Below are positions 11,792 through 26,700 of a stretch of 64,000 nt of DNA, in pieces. Source of the stretch: Paragordius varius (taxonomy: Eukaryota > Animalia > Nematomorpha); assembly GCA_964247055.1 (NCBI GenBank), contig OZ176057.1:4464001-4528000 (forward strand), read 5' to 3'. The number at the start of each line of letters is the position of its first letter. The first letter of the stretch is position 1. The notes beneath the pieces were generated by a model, which saw nothing but the letters and a program-made list of their open reading frames with translations, searched no databases and was not told the origin of the DNA. The position numbers and the translations under genes are program-made.

Positions 11792-14700
11792 GTTGATATA
11801 AAAGATGTCATATTATCTATTTATTCATTCATTTTCATTTTGAATTATAAGAATTCATGAATTTTACACAAATTCTTATAAATTTTTTACTCATAAATTA
11901 TTAGCGTTCAACTATGAGACCCATTTGCAATAGTTTAAAACATGACTGGCTTTAAGCTATAAAAAAAATTATTGATTACCCATTATATTTCTAACTTTTT
12001 GTCTCTTTAACCTATATTGTTTATAATTTTAGAGGTGGGTTTTGAAACAGGTTAGCAATTACACAACAAATTATTTTTAGTGTGTTGAAAATTTTTAAAT
12101 TTAAATTAAATATATAGAAATCAATAATTCAAATTTGCTATTATATAGGGGCTGTCGGAGAAGGTAGTATTGATATATAAAACTTACGATTACCAAAATT
12201 TTAGGATAAAACATACATGTGGGACAAAATATAATGCAAAAATAAGAACTATTATTGGTATCTGTATTGAAATGGTTAAAAGCGTAGACATGTTTGATAT
12301 CAGCTAAGATTTTACATTTTTACTAGTTACATTGAAATTATTACTAACATGATATTAAATTGCAAACAAGTGCTACTGTATTTTCTACACAAAATGCAAT
12401 TTAAATTAGATAGCGAATTTTGTTTTAAATTTAGCTGTTGATTCCATAATTATTACTTCTTAATACATAATAATAAATATAATTATAAATAATTGTCGCA
12501 AAAATTATTTATTTAACCCATAAAATGATTATTACAAATTTATGTATACCATATTTTAGTCAAAAGCAACGCTCTTTCGACCAAACGCAACATTGTTAGT
12601 TCCGTTTGGATCAAAATGTTGAGTTTGCTTGAAAAATATTGCCTTTGCCTAGAAATTTGTTGCGTTAAAAAAATGTTGCGTTTACTTGAAAAAATGTTGC
12701 TTTTAATTGTAAAATGGTATATTAGGGCCATACGTAGTGCATGTAATTACCTGAATAAAAATATACGGGTCTAGTGGTTTTTAAAAATATAACAATATTT
12801 CTTCAATATTTCCGCAATTTTAATATTATATTAATCGTATTTAGCGGCTGCTGGTATGTGATATACATTTTGCTTTTCAGAAATAACCATATATCTCAAT
12901 TTTTAATTACCTAACGATACAGTAAAATTAGCTTACAAAGGCTAAAAATTATATAAATTCTAACCTCTTTTCGTGTTTATTTTAAAATGGAAACTGAATC
13001 CAAAGATTTATTAGAAAATTCCCGGTGATATTAATACAATATTCAACAGCTAAAATACCTTTGGGACTAAATAACTTAACCTAAATAAAATTTTTAAAAT
13101 ATATTTATTTATTATGTCCTAAAAAAATATAATAAAAGACCCAAAATCTAATTTATGTGTCTCCTATTATAATTAAAGGTTTCCTTTAAAACTAATACTC
13201 CTCATTTGACTCATATATGATATAAAGAATTTTAATAATAAATAATCTTTTTTCTAGAAGTGGGAACTGAAACAGGTCATACACTATGCTAAATTTAACC
13301 CAATTTAAAAAATAAGTGTTTATGATTCTCTATAACTGGGTCTCCAAAGAGGTGACCACCCACTTAAAAAATGACCATATGAAAAAAAATTCCAAAAATT
13401 TTTAACACTTCATTGAATTTTTTTATAGTTGTAAAGGTGTAAAATAATTATTTTTTAATTATGATGCCTATATTTTGAACATTTCATTCAACCTTAAAAT
13501 CAGTCGATTCCCTGAAATATATCATTTAACTTGAGCAAAGCTCTTGACGAATACAACAGAAGTAGAAATTAATGTTTTATTAAGAGAAAAGTTAAAATCG
13601 CATAAAAATAAATGGGAAGAAGATTGTAATGATAAATGAGACCTTGTCTCATTTTGCCTATAAGGAACCCAAGAATATATTAATTGAAAAAGAAAACACT
13701 TAATCGCCCCACATAAATGCATACTTAAAAAATAAGGACTAAATTATTACGATTGCTTCATTTAAGGTAGCTGAAATTTAAACCCCAAACAATAAACCAT
13801 TCATGATGAAGAACTTTGGAAAAAAGTTATTAACGGCTTTAAAATCTCGTTCAATAATTTCGAGAACATAAATATCATAACAACTATTAACTCAGTTTAT
13901 CCAGAAATACAGTTAGGAAAAAGCGTGTATTTTTAATTTTTTCAATTTTTATTTTACATTAGTAAGGCAAGTTGTAAATTTTATATTGAAAATTTAATAT
14001 ATAAATATTTTCACGTGCTTTATGCCAGTTAAAAAATTTAGGCATTTAGAAACCCGTCGTATTTTGTTTGAAATATTATTTTGATACAATATTGAAATTA
14101 AATTATAAAGTGGTATGGACAAGTGACAATGCATTCATACATTATTATAAAATATTTTTCAAATTCTATAAACTGTATTTTCTAATTAATTTTCCAATTT
14201 TTTAATTTTCGCTAGGAATTGTCGGCGGAGAAGGTACGTTAAATTAGATTCACGAATATGGACTAATTTTACTGACATGCTTTTTGAAAAAAATAGATAT
14301 CATATACCCAATAATCGATTAATTATACCTTATATAATCTTCAGTGGCTGCGGGTATGTGATACATTATATATTTTTTTTCTAAAAAAATTTTTATTTTC
14401 AAACATGTATGTCTTTCAACGGTGATATTGATCATATATTACACTGGATAACAAATTTTTCTGCCACTCGAGTTTTTTGCATTTTCTGATATTTAGTATC
14501 ATTCTAACAGTAAATCTGAAATAAAAATTATAACCCGATGGAAGAATTTTGTATAATTTGATTTTTTTGATTATGCGCCTTCTTTATCAAAAGTTTACTA
14601 AAAAATGTTTTACTTTGAAAAAATACAAGTAATGCCCATTTGTAATTAATCATTCGAAAGAGTAATAAAAACTCTATAAAATGCATACTAATATGTATTA

Positions 14701-17700
14701 CATCGACAGTTATTATTGGACACAAAGAGCGACAAACGCGCGAAGCGAGAGCACTTTTTTTCATTATTATATTTTAAAAACTAATGGATGAAAATAGCTT
14801 AAACTATGTTTAGATGGTGATGAATGTCCAAAAAAGATAAAAGCTGAAAGTTTTTTTGATTAAAACATTTTTTTATTCCTTTTATGTCACTAAAAACAGC
14901 GATTTTTAAGTTTTTTGTTTTTTAAAAATTACCATCTCATCAATATTATTTTATTTTCTTTACGAGGCTGATAATTTCGAAATTTTAAAGATAAAAACAA
15001 AGTTTATATTTGATCTTTTATAGCCATAATAAATTTACAGTTATAACTTTGCATTTTAGTATCCACTAGGTAAAATAATTATGATAATAATAATTTTTAT
15101 TAAAAAAGCAAACCAAAAGCTTTTTCAAACAATTTTTTTAAATTAAATACTAATAAAACCCTATTAATTATATTAAAATAATTTATATGATTTTCAAATT
15201 AGTTTATCTGTGAAAATTCTTGACTTATTTAAAGAATAAAATTTTCGACCATTTAAATCCAAATAACTTTTACATCCGATTGATTTAAATGACTTACTAC
15301 CATTTAAAAGATGCAGTTTTTTGAGCTCTTTCGAATGATATAAAATACATGGCTTCATATCTAAAACTTTTAATTCTCGAAATTTCGAGTTTAATGTTAA
15401 ATCGGGGCAAAAATTATTGATAAACTCTAATATAAAAAAATACTTGCATGCTAGACCAATTTTCTTTTCAGATATACTAATTATGTACTTTAATAAAATA
15501 AATTTTAAATTTACAGGAATGGCAGGTAAAAGTTAAAATTTGTTGTCTAGTGTTTTAATACTTTTTCAAAGATATATAAGAAATTTGTTCTAAGATACAT
15601 ATGCACAATATTATTTATTACCTGAAAATGTTTTGGCGGCATTTCTACACATGACCTGAAAAAAAAACCAGATGATAAAATTTAAATATCCAGTTATAAT
15701 GTTTAATAAATTTAACCGAAAAAAATCAAATACAAAACGCAGATTAGTTATCATAAAAGATTAAAACGGGAGTTTACAGTTTAACCAGAAATAGTGCGAT
15801 TGCTAATGGTACCGAAAGATAATATAGCTAATTCCATTTTAACTAAATATGTAAATTTTGAAGTTATATTAAACCAAACCTAGAAATTAAACCATTTATT
15901 AATCGTGGCAACAAAACGACTTTTCTACCAATCTCCTAAATATTTAAGGTCCAAAATCGTAGCATATAAAAAAACTTCCTGATGAAATATATATATATAT
16001 ATATTCTGATAAGAAAATCTAAATTATCATCGTGCTTTTGGTTTTGGCCTTTAGGGGAGAGTGATTAAGACTTTTGACGTAAGTTCGGCACATCAAAAAA
16101 TGGCAAAACTTGGGCACATTTAAACAAAAAATTTTTGATGAAAGCTTGATGCTTCATTCAAAAATATCACTAAAAAATAACATCAATAACATATAAAAAG
16201 TAAAACAATGTGCTTTTTAAAAATATAGTTATAAGTGAGTTCCGAGACTCCCAAAATTTTTCTTTTTTATGAAATGGGCTAATTCTCTAAAACGCAAAAA
16301 TATCCGAGATTGCCCGTTAAAAATCTAAATATGCTAATTTTTGATATCCACAACATTTTATAAAAAATGCATACTTTTTCAAAATTATATTTTTAACAAA
16401 ATTTATCCTAAACGGTATAAAACTTGAATATATTTAAATATTTTATCTGTATAATTCAGTATGCTGAACACCTCTATCACGTTAGAATTTTGATTAAATT
16501 ATTTGTTCGTCTTCAAATATATGTTAATGAATTTTGTCTTTTTAAAAAAAATCCAAATTTTTTTTTAAAATTTTGAAGCGATACAAACGTTCAGCTTCAT
16601 CGATTTATTTAAAAAATGTTTTTATTATATTTTAAAGTTTTGTATACAGTTTACATCCTACCTAAAATAGTATGAAGTACGCTTTAATGAAATTTCACTA
16701 AAAATTAAATTTTTAATAAAGTATGCATTTTGGGTTTTGGTACCAACAATTTAAATATCAAGTTTTAAAATATTGTTAATATTTATATGGAGTATAAAAC
16801 CATTATTCATTAAAAAAATCTATTTAGATTTTTGTCAATATCTGATTAACTTTCTTGTAAGGACCAAAACGATTCCCTGATATTCATAATATATTATCCT
16901 ATCAGAATTATACAATTTATCAGGATATTTTTTTGTAAACTCTGTATAATTGTATAACAAAACTGTTTCGAAAAATATAATTTATATTTTTGGGAGTTTT
17001 TTATATTTTTTATATCTTATCTATAAATATTTACAAGAAAAAATAGTAAGCTTTATTAGAAAAAATAATTATAAAATAACATACCGATAAATAAATTGGA
17101 TAATGATTTAAATACACCAGATAAAACTAATTTTTTTGTTAAAAATCAAGGATTTGGTTATACAAATCATACGAGTTAGGTTTTAATTTGATGTGAATTT
17201 CTTATGTGTAAAGCTATATTTATTTATATTTTAGAAGTTGGGACTGAAGCAGGTTTTTCATTGTGTTTAATTTAATCAAATAAAAACTTTAAAAACATTT
17301 GGCATTCTTTATTTAAGTATAACAAATTTTTTTACCAATAAAATGGTAAAATAAATATTAAAAAACATTTTAAGTTGTATATCTAATTTTTTTTCCCTAG
17401 CTGCCGTTGAAGGTACTCAAATATAATATAATTTCATCCTCTTTATTGTTATACGATTGCACCATAGTTATTTTGTTTAGTCGGTAATAGATATAAAATG
17501 GTGCAATTTGGGTTGAGTTTTTATTCGACCGTAATAACCGAACTGACTGCTTATGAATGGCCGTTTTCTATTCATAAATACCATAAATGGTTTCATATAG
17601 AGAGAACTAAACAGTAATTATAAAATCTTAAAAATATCTCATTTTTTAAATTAATTCCAATGACATTTAATTTCTCAATGGGATAAAAATTTCTGTCTGT

Positions 17701-20700
17701 TATTTGATAAATGCATTTTCAATCATAATTATGATGAATTCACCATTTCTCATAAAAATATTATAAATTATAATATAATAAAAATTTACAATAATCATTA
17801 AAAAATCTAAAACATTAAATAATTTTATACTGTTAGAGAGATTTAAAATTTACAAATTTAAGACTAATTAAACATCCTATATTATGTGTTAATAAACATT
17901 TGTCATGATTAAAGTTCTCATCTAGAAATTTGAATTTTAATATAAAAGGGTTTACAAGACAGTTTCCCCCACCTTTGTTATGTCATCCCTACTAATATTA
18001 GTGCTTCTTAAAAAAAGTCTAAAAAACGGCTTTCAAAAATCGGATTTGACTCAATTCCTAAAATAAATATTGTATTAATTTTAATTCTTGCATTAAATTT
18101 ATAATATATGGAACTTATTTAATTTAATATTTGGTTTTTATCGTGAAAACATCAAATGTTGATTTATATGTTACAAATATTAAAATTCTATTGTAGAATA
18201 AAATAGTCAAAAATGTACTATTTCACGTCCTCCTTTTAAAATATTTTAGTAATCACTTTACCACTGAATTCTGTAATAATCCAAGGCAAAAAAACTAACC
18301 TTGCATTATAAAAATAAAATATCCCAAGATTTAGTGCTACAATCCATAAATTTTGGGGCATCTTATTAAGGTAATAAGCCGTATTTAAAAATATTCTTTC
18401 TTTAACCTTCTAGGAGGTTTTACATAAAAATCTTAAAAATCATTATCTCAAACTTTTTTGCCGCCATTTTTTCCGATAAATTTTTTTACTAATGCAACAG
18501 CCAAATAAATATACATGATTAAAAAACGTTAATTATTTTTAAAAAGCTTTCAGGGTACATTTTACCAGCAAACACATGGTATATTTTAATTTTAATAACA
18601 GCTGTTTCTATCTGTTTTGAACCTGATCTAATTTTAGACTCTAGAAGTCACAAAACTGTAAAAATTTAATCTTTATCTAATACATGAGAACAATGTTTGA
18701 AATTCAAAAAACTATAGTTTTCAAGAGCTTATATATAACTACCCCAAAAGGTAAACTGAGATTAAAAAGGTGGAAAAGTAATGAAGTGTTAAATATATAT
18801 TAAAATCTAAATCAAATAAAAAAAACTAATTAAAAAAATTAGCAATTTATCTTTAGCATATTATATTTTATTCTTTGGTCGATAGGGGCAGGTATTTTAT
18901 ATTTATATCATTAAATTTTAAAAATTTGCCATCAATAATATTTATTTTTATTTTACAGTTGTTGCAGGTATTTTATATTCTGTAAAAATTTTAAGATTAA
19001 TCAAGATTTTATATAGAAATTTAAAATATTTATAATATATTGAATGATATATGGTTATCAAAAATGCTTATCAACCTACTCAATATACTATAAGATTTGC
19101 ACTTCAAGAGTGTCCTTGAACACTTCAAGTTGGTCCTTACATATAAGTTGGTCCTTGAACACTTCAGGTTGATCCTTGAACACTTCAAGTTGGTTATTAA
19201 ACATTTCAAGTTGTCCTTGAACATTTCAAGTAGGTCCTTGAATACTTCAATTTGGTTCTTAAACATTTCAAGTTGATCCTTAAAATTTTAAATTTTGATT
19301 TAAACATAATTTTTGCATGTATTTTTTTATTATTTTTTTAACGTAATTTCCTTCTTTTTATTCATTTTAAAAAACCACATTTTTGTTTAAATCTATTATT
19401 TTTTTCAATTTAACGAAATTTATAACTTTTTAATGTTTTTAATGAAGATTTGTTAGCCCATAAAACTTATATATTTTTTAATAAAGTGTTAAAATCTAAT
19501 AAATGTCCGAAATATTAAGAAATTAATAAACATATAGGGTTTCTCCATGATTAAAGTTGATATTGATTTAAAATTAATGTTGAATTGAAAATAGGTCAAA
19601 ACGATAAAATAGATGAATGATTTACGATTTGATTGATAAAGGTTTAAAACACAAAAGTCAAAGGACTAGCTTGAAGTGTTCAAGGACAATTGAAATAAAG
19701 GACCAACTTGTGTTCAAACACTCTTGAAGTGCAAATGGTTATCTTATTATACCTCTTTTGAAAGTTTTGGTGCCTAAAACAGTTAAATAAGTCAAAAAAA
19801 AATTCTAAAATTGTATTCATAAAATGGAAAACTATCAAAACCTCAGATTTTATAAATTGTTTTTTAATTAGATTAATATTAGAGTATTAATTTAAATCCT
19901 ACTTAATATTATGTTTTTTATAGAGGCTGGTGGTATGTTATAGTTATATTTAGAATAGTAGAGTGTGCCAAGTTTTGACGAAAAATTTTGATTTTACTTT
20001 TTTAGATTTAAGTATAATCTATTAGGTCCTTGTGCGTTTGTTATAGTATAACACTTTCGATTTTTGTTTGAGTTATAATATAATTGTAGAATATGGGTTT
20101 GGAGCCCTGTTTAAAATATTATATATTATATTTATAATATATTTATCTGTATAAAACCAATTTAATTAATTAATTATAATTAATTTAATTTTTATCTATT
20201 TTGTATTATAACGCATCGCTGTAATACTATTTTGCCCAAACCATATATTTAAGTGTTTTAATATTTTTCCTAAATTTTATGATTCAAAATTTGCCATCGT
20301 AAAAAATATTGAAATATATATTAAATAGCAAATTATAAATGGTAAAATCATGAAACAACTAGTTTCGTTTCCTGAAATATAAATTATTTTTAAGCCGAAT
20401 GAATTTCCAGTATGCATTTTATTGTCTATTAAGTATTTTTTTGCCAATTAAATATAAGAAATGGTTTATCAAATGTGAAAAATACTGCTCCACAAAATTA
20501 ATTCGTGCATCACATATGAAAGAGGTTTGACGTGAGAATTAACATAGGCTTAATTTGATGGATATTTTGTATGCTAAATTTTTAGAATATTATAGCAATG
20601 TTAACCTTTGAATTTATTGTTGATACGTATTTAGATGCGGAATTATTTGGGTTTTTATGTTTAATATATTAATAAATACTAAAAAGTTAATTTATGTTAA

Positions 20701-23700
20701 TTTCTCTGTTTAAATTTAATAATTAATATTTACCTGTATTATGCAAAATAGGTATTTTTATTTTATATAGTTGTTAATACTAATTAGTGAGTATTTATGT
20801 AGAGATTTTTTTGTTTTTTTAGGTTTTTCATTGTTAGTTAATAATAATTTTTTTAATATTTCTGATATTTTAATAAATATAGATAAAAGTTGCTTTTAAT
20901 AAATTTCCTAAAATTTTAAATTTTTTTGTTATTTTTAATTAACATTGTTAATTGTAATTAATTATCGAATATTATGGACATTTTTTAAATACAGGTAAAA
21001 ATTACGTTTTTAATAAATTTAGTAAAGTTTTTAATTTTTTTTGTTATTATTTAACACTGTTTATTGTTATTACGTATAACATATTTGGACGTTTTAAAAT
21101 ACAGGTGAAAATTGCGGTTTTTTAAAAAAATCAATTTTTCGTTCAACCTTACTAATTGCTATTGTTGTTGTTGTTGAGCTTGTAGTCGGTTATCGACCAT
21201 TAGCGATTTTGTAGGAAAACCTCCTCCATTCGGTTCTGTCGTGAGCTTTTTGAGATAGTTTTTGCAGTGACAATTTGGAAAGTGATAATTCGTCTACCCA
21301 GCGAATACGTCTGCGTCCTCTTCCTCTCTTACCATTTACCTTTCCTAACATAATATCCTTTTCCAAAGAATTGCCCCGAATAATGTGTCCAAAGTAACCG
21401 AATTTTTGTTTTATTATTTTACCCCGAAGCGTTGTTTGTGCATTAATTTTATTTACAATATCGATATTCTTTATTTTGTCCTTCCATGTTATATCAAGTA
21501 TCTTTCTCCAGCAAAACATTTCAAACGCTTTTATTCTTTTTTCGTCTTCACTTTTGATAGTCCAGCTTTCACACCCGTATAACATGATAGGAAAGATTAA
21601 TGCATTTACTAGTCGGATTTTTGTTTTAAGGGTTATGTCATGAGATTTCCATAACTTGTAGTGTGAGGATAGAGCGCATTTGGCTATAGCTATGCGTCTT
21701 CTTATTTCTTGGGAACTGGAGCTTAAGTTGTTGATAATGCTTCCAAGGTATGTGTATTCGTTGACTACTTGAATTGTTTCGCCATTAATCCGAAGCGAGT
21801 CATAGGAATGAGGGGAGTTGATATGTAAAATTTTAGTTTTGTTGAGGTTTAAAGTAACATTGTATTTTTTGCACACATTTATAAAAGTTCGGAGACTGTT
21901 TTCGAGGTTTGTTTGTGAATTTGCTAAGATAACCGTGTCGTCTGCGTAGTTTAGAGTCGTCAGAGTGTGACCCCCTACTTTTATTCCTGGCAGATTTAGA
22001 TCCCTCATGATACATTCCAAATATATGTTGAACAACATGGGGGATAAAATGCAGCCTTGACGCAGACCTATGTTCATTGGGCTCCAAGAGGTTGGGCCAT
22101 GCGAGGTGTTAAGTGATAGGTAGGAGTTGGAGTATATGGATTTAATTAGTTTGATTAAGTGATCGGAAACTCCTATTTGTTTAAGGGCCTTCCAGAGAAT
22201 GTCATGTTGAACGGTATCAAAGGCTTTAGAAAATCCACGAAACATAGGTGTAGCTCATTTTGGAATTCACAGTTTTTTTCCATTATCCATCTAAGTTTGA
22301 GATCATGTCTCGGCATCCTCTTTTTTCTCTAAAGCCTGCCTGTGTCATTGATATTTCCGGTTTGACATATGTTTGTAGACGGTTTTGTATTATTTTTAAG
22401 AAAACTTTTGAGGTTTGATTGATCAATGCTATTGTACGGTAATTTTCACATAGTTTAGAATCGCCCTTTTTGAATATAGGGACCACTAGTGATTTGTTCC
22501 AGTCCGTCGGGAATGTCGCCTCATTGAAAATTTTTTGAAATAACGAAAGAATTAATTTTATGGGAATGTGCCTTTGTAACTCGGTAGGGATATCATTGAA
22601 TCCTTCTGCTTTGCCGGTTGATGAATGCTTCAGGGCCCATTCAATTTCTTCTTTTAGTATAGGAGGGTCATAAGTTTGTTCAGAGTTCATGGCAGTTATA
22701 TTTGATGTATTCTTTCCAGAGTTTAATTACTCCTTTTTTATCGGTTAGAAGTTTTCCGTTTGAATGAGACATAGGACATTTGTATATTTGTTTTTTGCGC
22801 GGTTGAATGTCTTTAATATAAGAGAAATAGTTGTGATTAAATTTAGCAGCTTGCTCGAGGTTAGCGCAGATTGTATTATAATGAGATTCTTTGTCAAATC
22901 TTATGCTTTTTTGTAGTTCATTATTAATATTTTTGTACTCAAGGGGAGTGCCCTTGGATTTTGCTACTCTTCTCTGTTCAATTAGGTCGATGCTTTGTTG
23001 TGATATGGTGAATTTTTTGTTTTTTGTAGTGGCAGGCGGTATATATTCTTTAGCTGTTTCGATGGTAATTTTGTGAATAGTAGACCAAAGATCATCTGTG
23101 TTCAATGTTTCGTATTTTAGGGATTCAAATTTATTGTTAAGGATTGGAGTAAAATCGGCAGGTATAAGTTTGTAGTTCAATTTAGTTTTGGAAAAGTTTT
23201 TTTGCGGCTGAGGAAGTTGTAGCTTTATTTTGATCTTGGCCATTAATAGGTTATGATCTGAGTTGCAGTCTGCACTCGAGTAGCACCGGATGTTTTGAAA
23301 TGAGCTTTTGTATTTTTGCATTCCCAATATGTAATCTATTTGATTCCTGTGTTTACGACACGGTGAGGTCCAGGTGTAGAGCCGTCTCTTAGGTTGTTTG
23401 AAAAACGAGTTCGCTATAAAGAGATTGTTTTGTTGGCAAAAATCAATTAGCCTTTCACCACGGGGGTTTTTCACTTTACCAAGGCCTTTTCCACCTGTGA
23501 ACTTGTCTGTTTTATCGTTAGCTAAGATAGCGTTAAAATCGCCGATGATGTATGTTATGTCTTTCTTGGATGTTTCACAAAGAGCCATTTGTAATTCATT
23601 ATAGAACTTTTCACATTCGTCTTCGGGTGAAACACTCGTAGGGGCATAGATTTGATATATTGTTATAGCCTGGGGTCTGGTGTTGATTCGTAGGGATATA

Positions 23701-26700
23701 ATACGATCGGAGATAGGTCTATATATATCAGTATGTTTGGCAAGATTATTCGATATTAAGAAACCGCATCCATTTCGTTTGAGTTCCCCGCCAGAGTTAT
23801 AAAACGAGTAATTGTCGTATATTTTGTGTGAGTTATGTTGCATATGAGTCTCCGACAGCCCTAACACATGGATGTTTAAACGTTTCATTTCGCGAATTAT
23901 TATATCCAATTTGTTATCTGAAGTACCACAGGTATTCCAGGTGGCCATATTTATTTCTAAGTTACGGGAGCTTATTTTAGAATTATGGCTTTCCATGTAG
24001 GAATTTAGTTTAGTGGTGGTGTATTGAGATAAAGGAATAAATAGAAAGAATCAGTATGATATGTCCACTGATGTTTAAGAATGGTTTTTAGGGAATGAAA
24101 TTGTCGATGAAAATTTTGGAGTTGTATGTTCTGTAGAAATAATTCATTATTATAATTCTGAGTGATATAATTTCCGGATAATAAAAGTGATATTAAATTG
24201 ATGAAGATAATGAGATAAATTCCGTTTATCACCGAATGTGAACAAGAGTTCCTATAAAATCAAAAGGTACGCGCATCTCGGGAGTGAACATACCAAGTTC
24301 TTCTCCGCGCCTGTAGCCGATCATAAAAAAGTGAATTGCTATTAATTACTATATATTTTTGATACATTGATATATAAAGGTAAAATTACTATGGTCTTCG
24401 GTTTTTTTTAAATTTTTAGGAAAATTATTTTTTGTTTTACATTGGTATCTATGTATATATATATTAAATATAGTCATATCTCTGCAAGGTAAAAATGCAT
24501 GTTGCGGTTTTATGTTTGACATTTTATTTAACAAAATCCAACTATGTATATTAAACAACCTCCTTATGTAACCAATATGAGAATTTAAAGATTGCAAAAA
24601 GATTAAGATATATTTATTTAAATTATAATTGCGTATCTTACTGTATAATTATACAAAAATATTCATATAATGTTTGACCTTTTTGTGTTGCTCTATTATG
24701 AGTAAAATTAATATTATTGTTATTGATATTATAACAGGTAAATTGTGTTGATTCTAATATTAATATACGATGCGGTGTGCGTTCATGGTGATCATAACTA
24801 ATAAGGAATTATCATAAAATACCAAAAAATCACTAGTAGGAAGATCCTAAAAATTACAATCCCCATCATTTTCTGGGATGATTTATCAGCTAAATAGATA
24901 GAAACGCAATTAATTACAGTATTAAAAAGCTATACCTGGATTCTAGTATTTTCATCAAATATTGAGAGCTAAAACATTTAAAGTTTGAAAGGGCACTAAA
25001 TTAGATTAAGCTCCTCTTTTATCATTTCCACTAAAGTTGCAAAAAATATTTTCTTTATGTAAAAATTCAAAAAATGAAATTTATATGTTCAATCAGCATT
25101 TTCGTTTTACCAGCCTAATCTAAAAAAGAAAAACTATTCCTTTACCATAGGTTTAGTTTTTGGTTGTTGCATTCAAAGCTTTTGGAAAAAATTCTTATTT
25201 TCATTTTCTTTTTTCATTGATGAAAGCACATAGCTTTTTCATATTTTAATTTAGCTAGAAAGAAATGCAGATTAGACTTATTAAAAACATTTTTAATTTT
25301 TTTTTCATTAAGAAAATATTTTTTTATTGAAATGATAAAAGTGGTTAATTTTATTTAGTGCCCTTTCAAACTTTGGATGTTTTAGCCCCCAATATGATAA
25401 AAAATACTTATCTAAGTATAGCTTTTTAATACTTTAATTAAATTTCTATCTATTTAGCTGATAAATCATCATAGAAAATGATGGTGATTGTAATTTTTAG
25501 GTTCGTTTCCTAGTGACTTTTTGGCATTTTATGATAATTCCTTATTCTAAGTTAAGATCACCATGAACGCACACCGCATCGTATATTAATATTAGAATCA
25601 ACACAATTTACCTGTTATAATATCAATAACAATAATATTAATTTCTCTTATAATAGAGCTGTCAAACATTATAATATGATTATTTTTGTATAATTATACA
25701 TTTGTAATATACGCAATTATAATTTAAATAAATATACCTTGATCCTATTTTGCAATCTTTAAATTTTCATATTGGTGATATAAGGCGGCCGTTAAATTTA
25801 CCTAGTTGGATTTTGTATAAAATGTCAAACACAAAACCGCAACATGCATTTTTACCTGTATGCAGAGATATGTTAATTATATTTAATATATTTATATATT
25901 TATATATATATATAGTTTACAATGTATAACAAAACAATAATTTTCTTAAAAATTTTTAAAACCGCAGATCATAGTAATTTTACCTGTATATATCAATGTA
26001 TCAAAAATATATAGTAATTAGTAACGATTGGCAAGGTTGAACAGAAAAATTAAAAATTTATAAACACCGCAAATTTTACCTGTTTTTATTGAAATGTCCA
26101 AAATTATTAAGTAATTACAATTAACAATGTAAATTAGAGTAATTAAATATTACAAAATTTAAAAACCGCAATTTTTACCCGTGTATAAAAATGTCCAAAA
26201 TATGTAATAAGTAATTACAATAAACAATGTTAAATAAAAATAACAAAAAAAATTAAAAATTTTACAATATTTATTTGTGTATTTATTTATAATAACTAAA
26301 TAAATTATAAAAATACCAATGAGCATATTATGGGTATATATATCATGTTGAAATATTAAATATTAAATTTAATTAGGAATAATTAACATAAATAATCTTA
26401 ATACCTTTTTTACTTTTTATTAATATATTAAACATAAAAACCCACAAAATACCGCATCTAAATACGTATCAACAATAAATTCAAATGCTAACATAAATTT
26501 CTATAATATTTTCAAAATTTAACATTACAAAATATCCATGAAATTAAGCCTAACGTCAATCCTCTTTCATATGTGTACTACAAATAATTTTGTTTTAATA
26601 AATATTTATTTTACTATCATGTATTTTAACATTAAAAAAAATTATTTTCAACCAACTCTCTGAAAAATATTTTTTAACCCTTAAAATCGACCCTTTGATC

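Noticed and set aside
15060-15069. 10-nt stretch with good splice sites inside gene B
   Set aside because: Not a multiple of 3 and would break the chain; also a reminder that chance AG/GT pairs occur.
20090-20108. EYGFGA-like piece resembling the EVGFET exons
   Set aside because: The only donor gives 19 nt (out of phase); at best a decayed exon copy.
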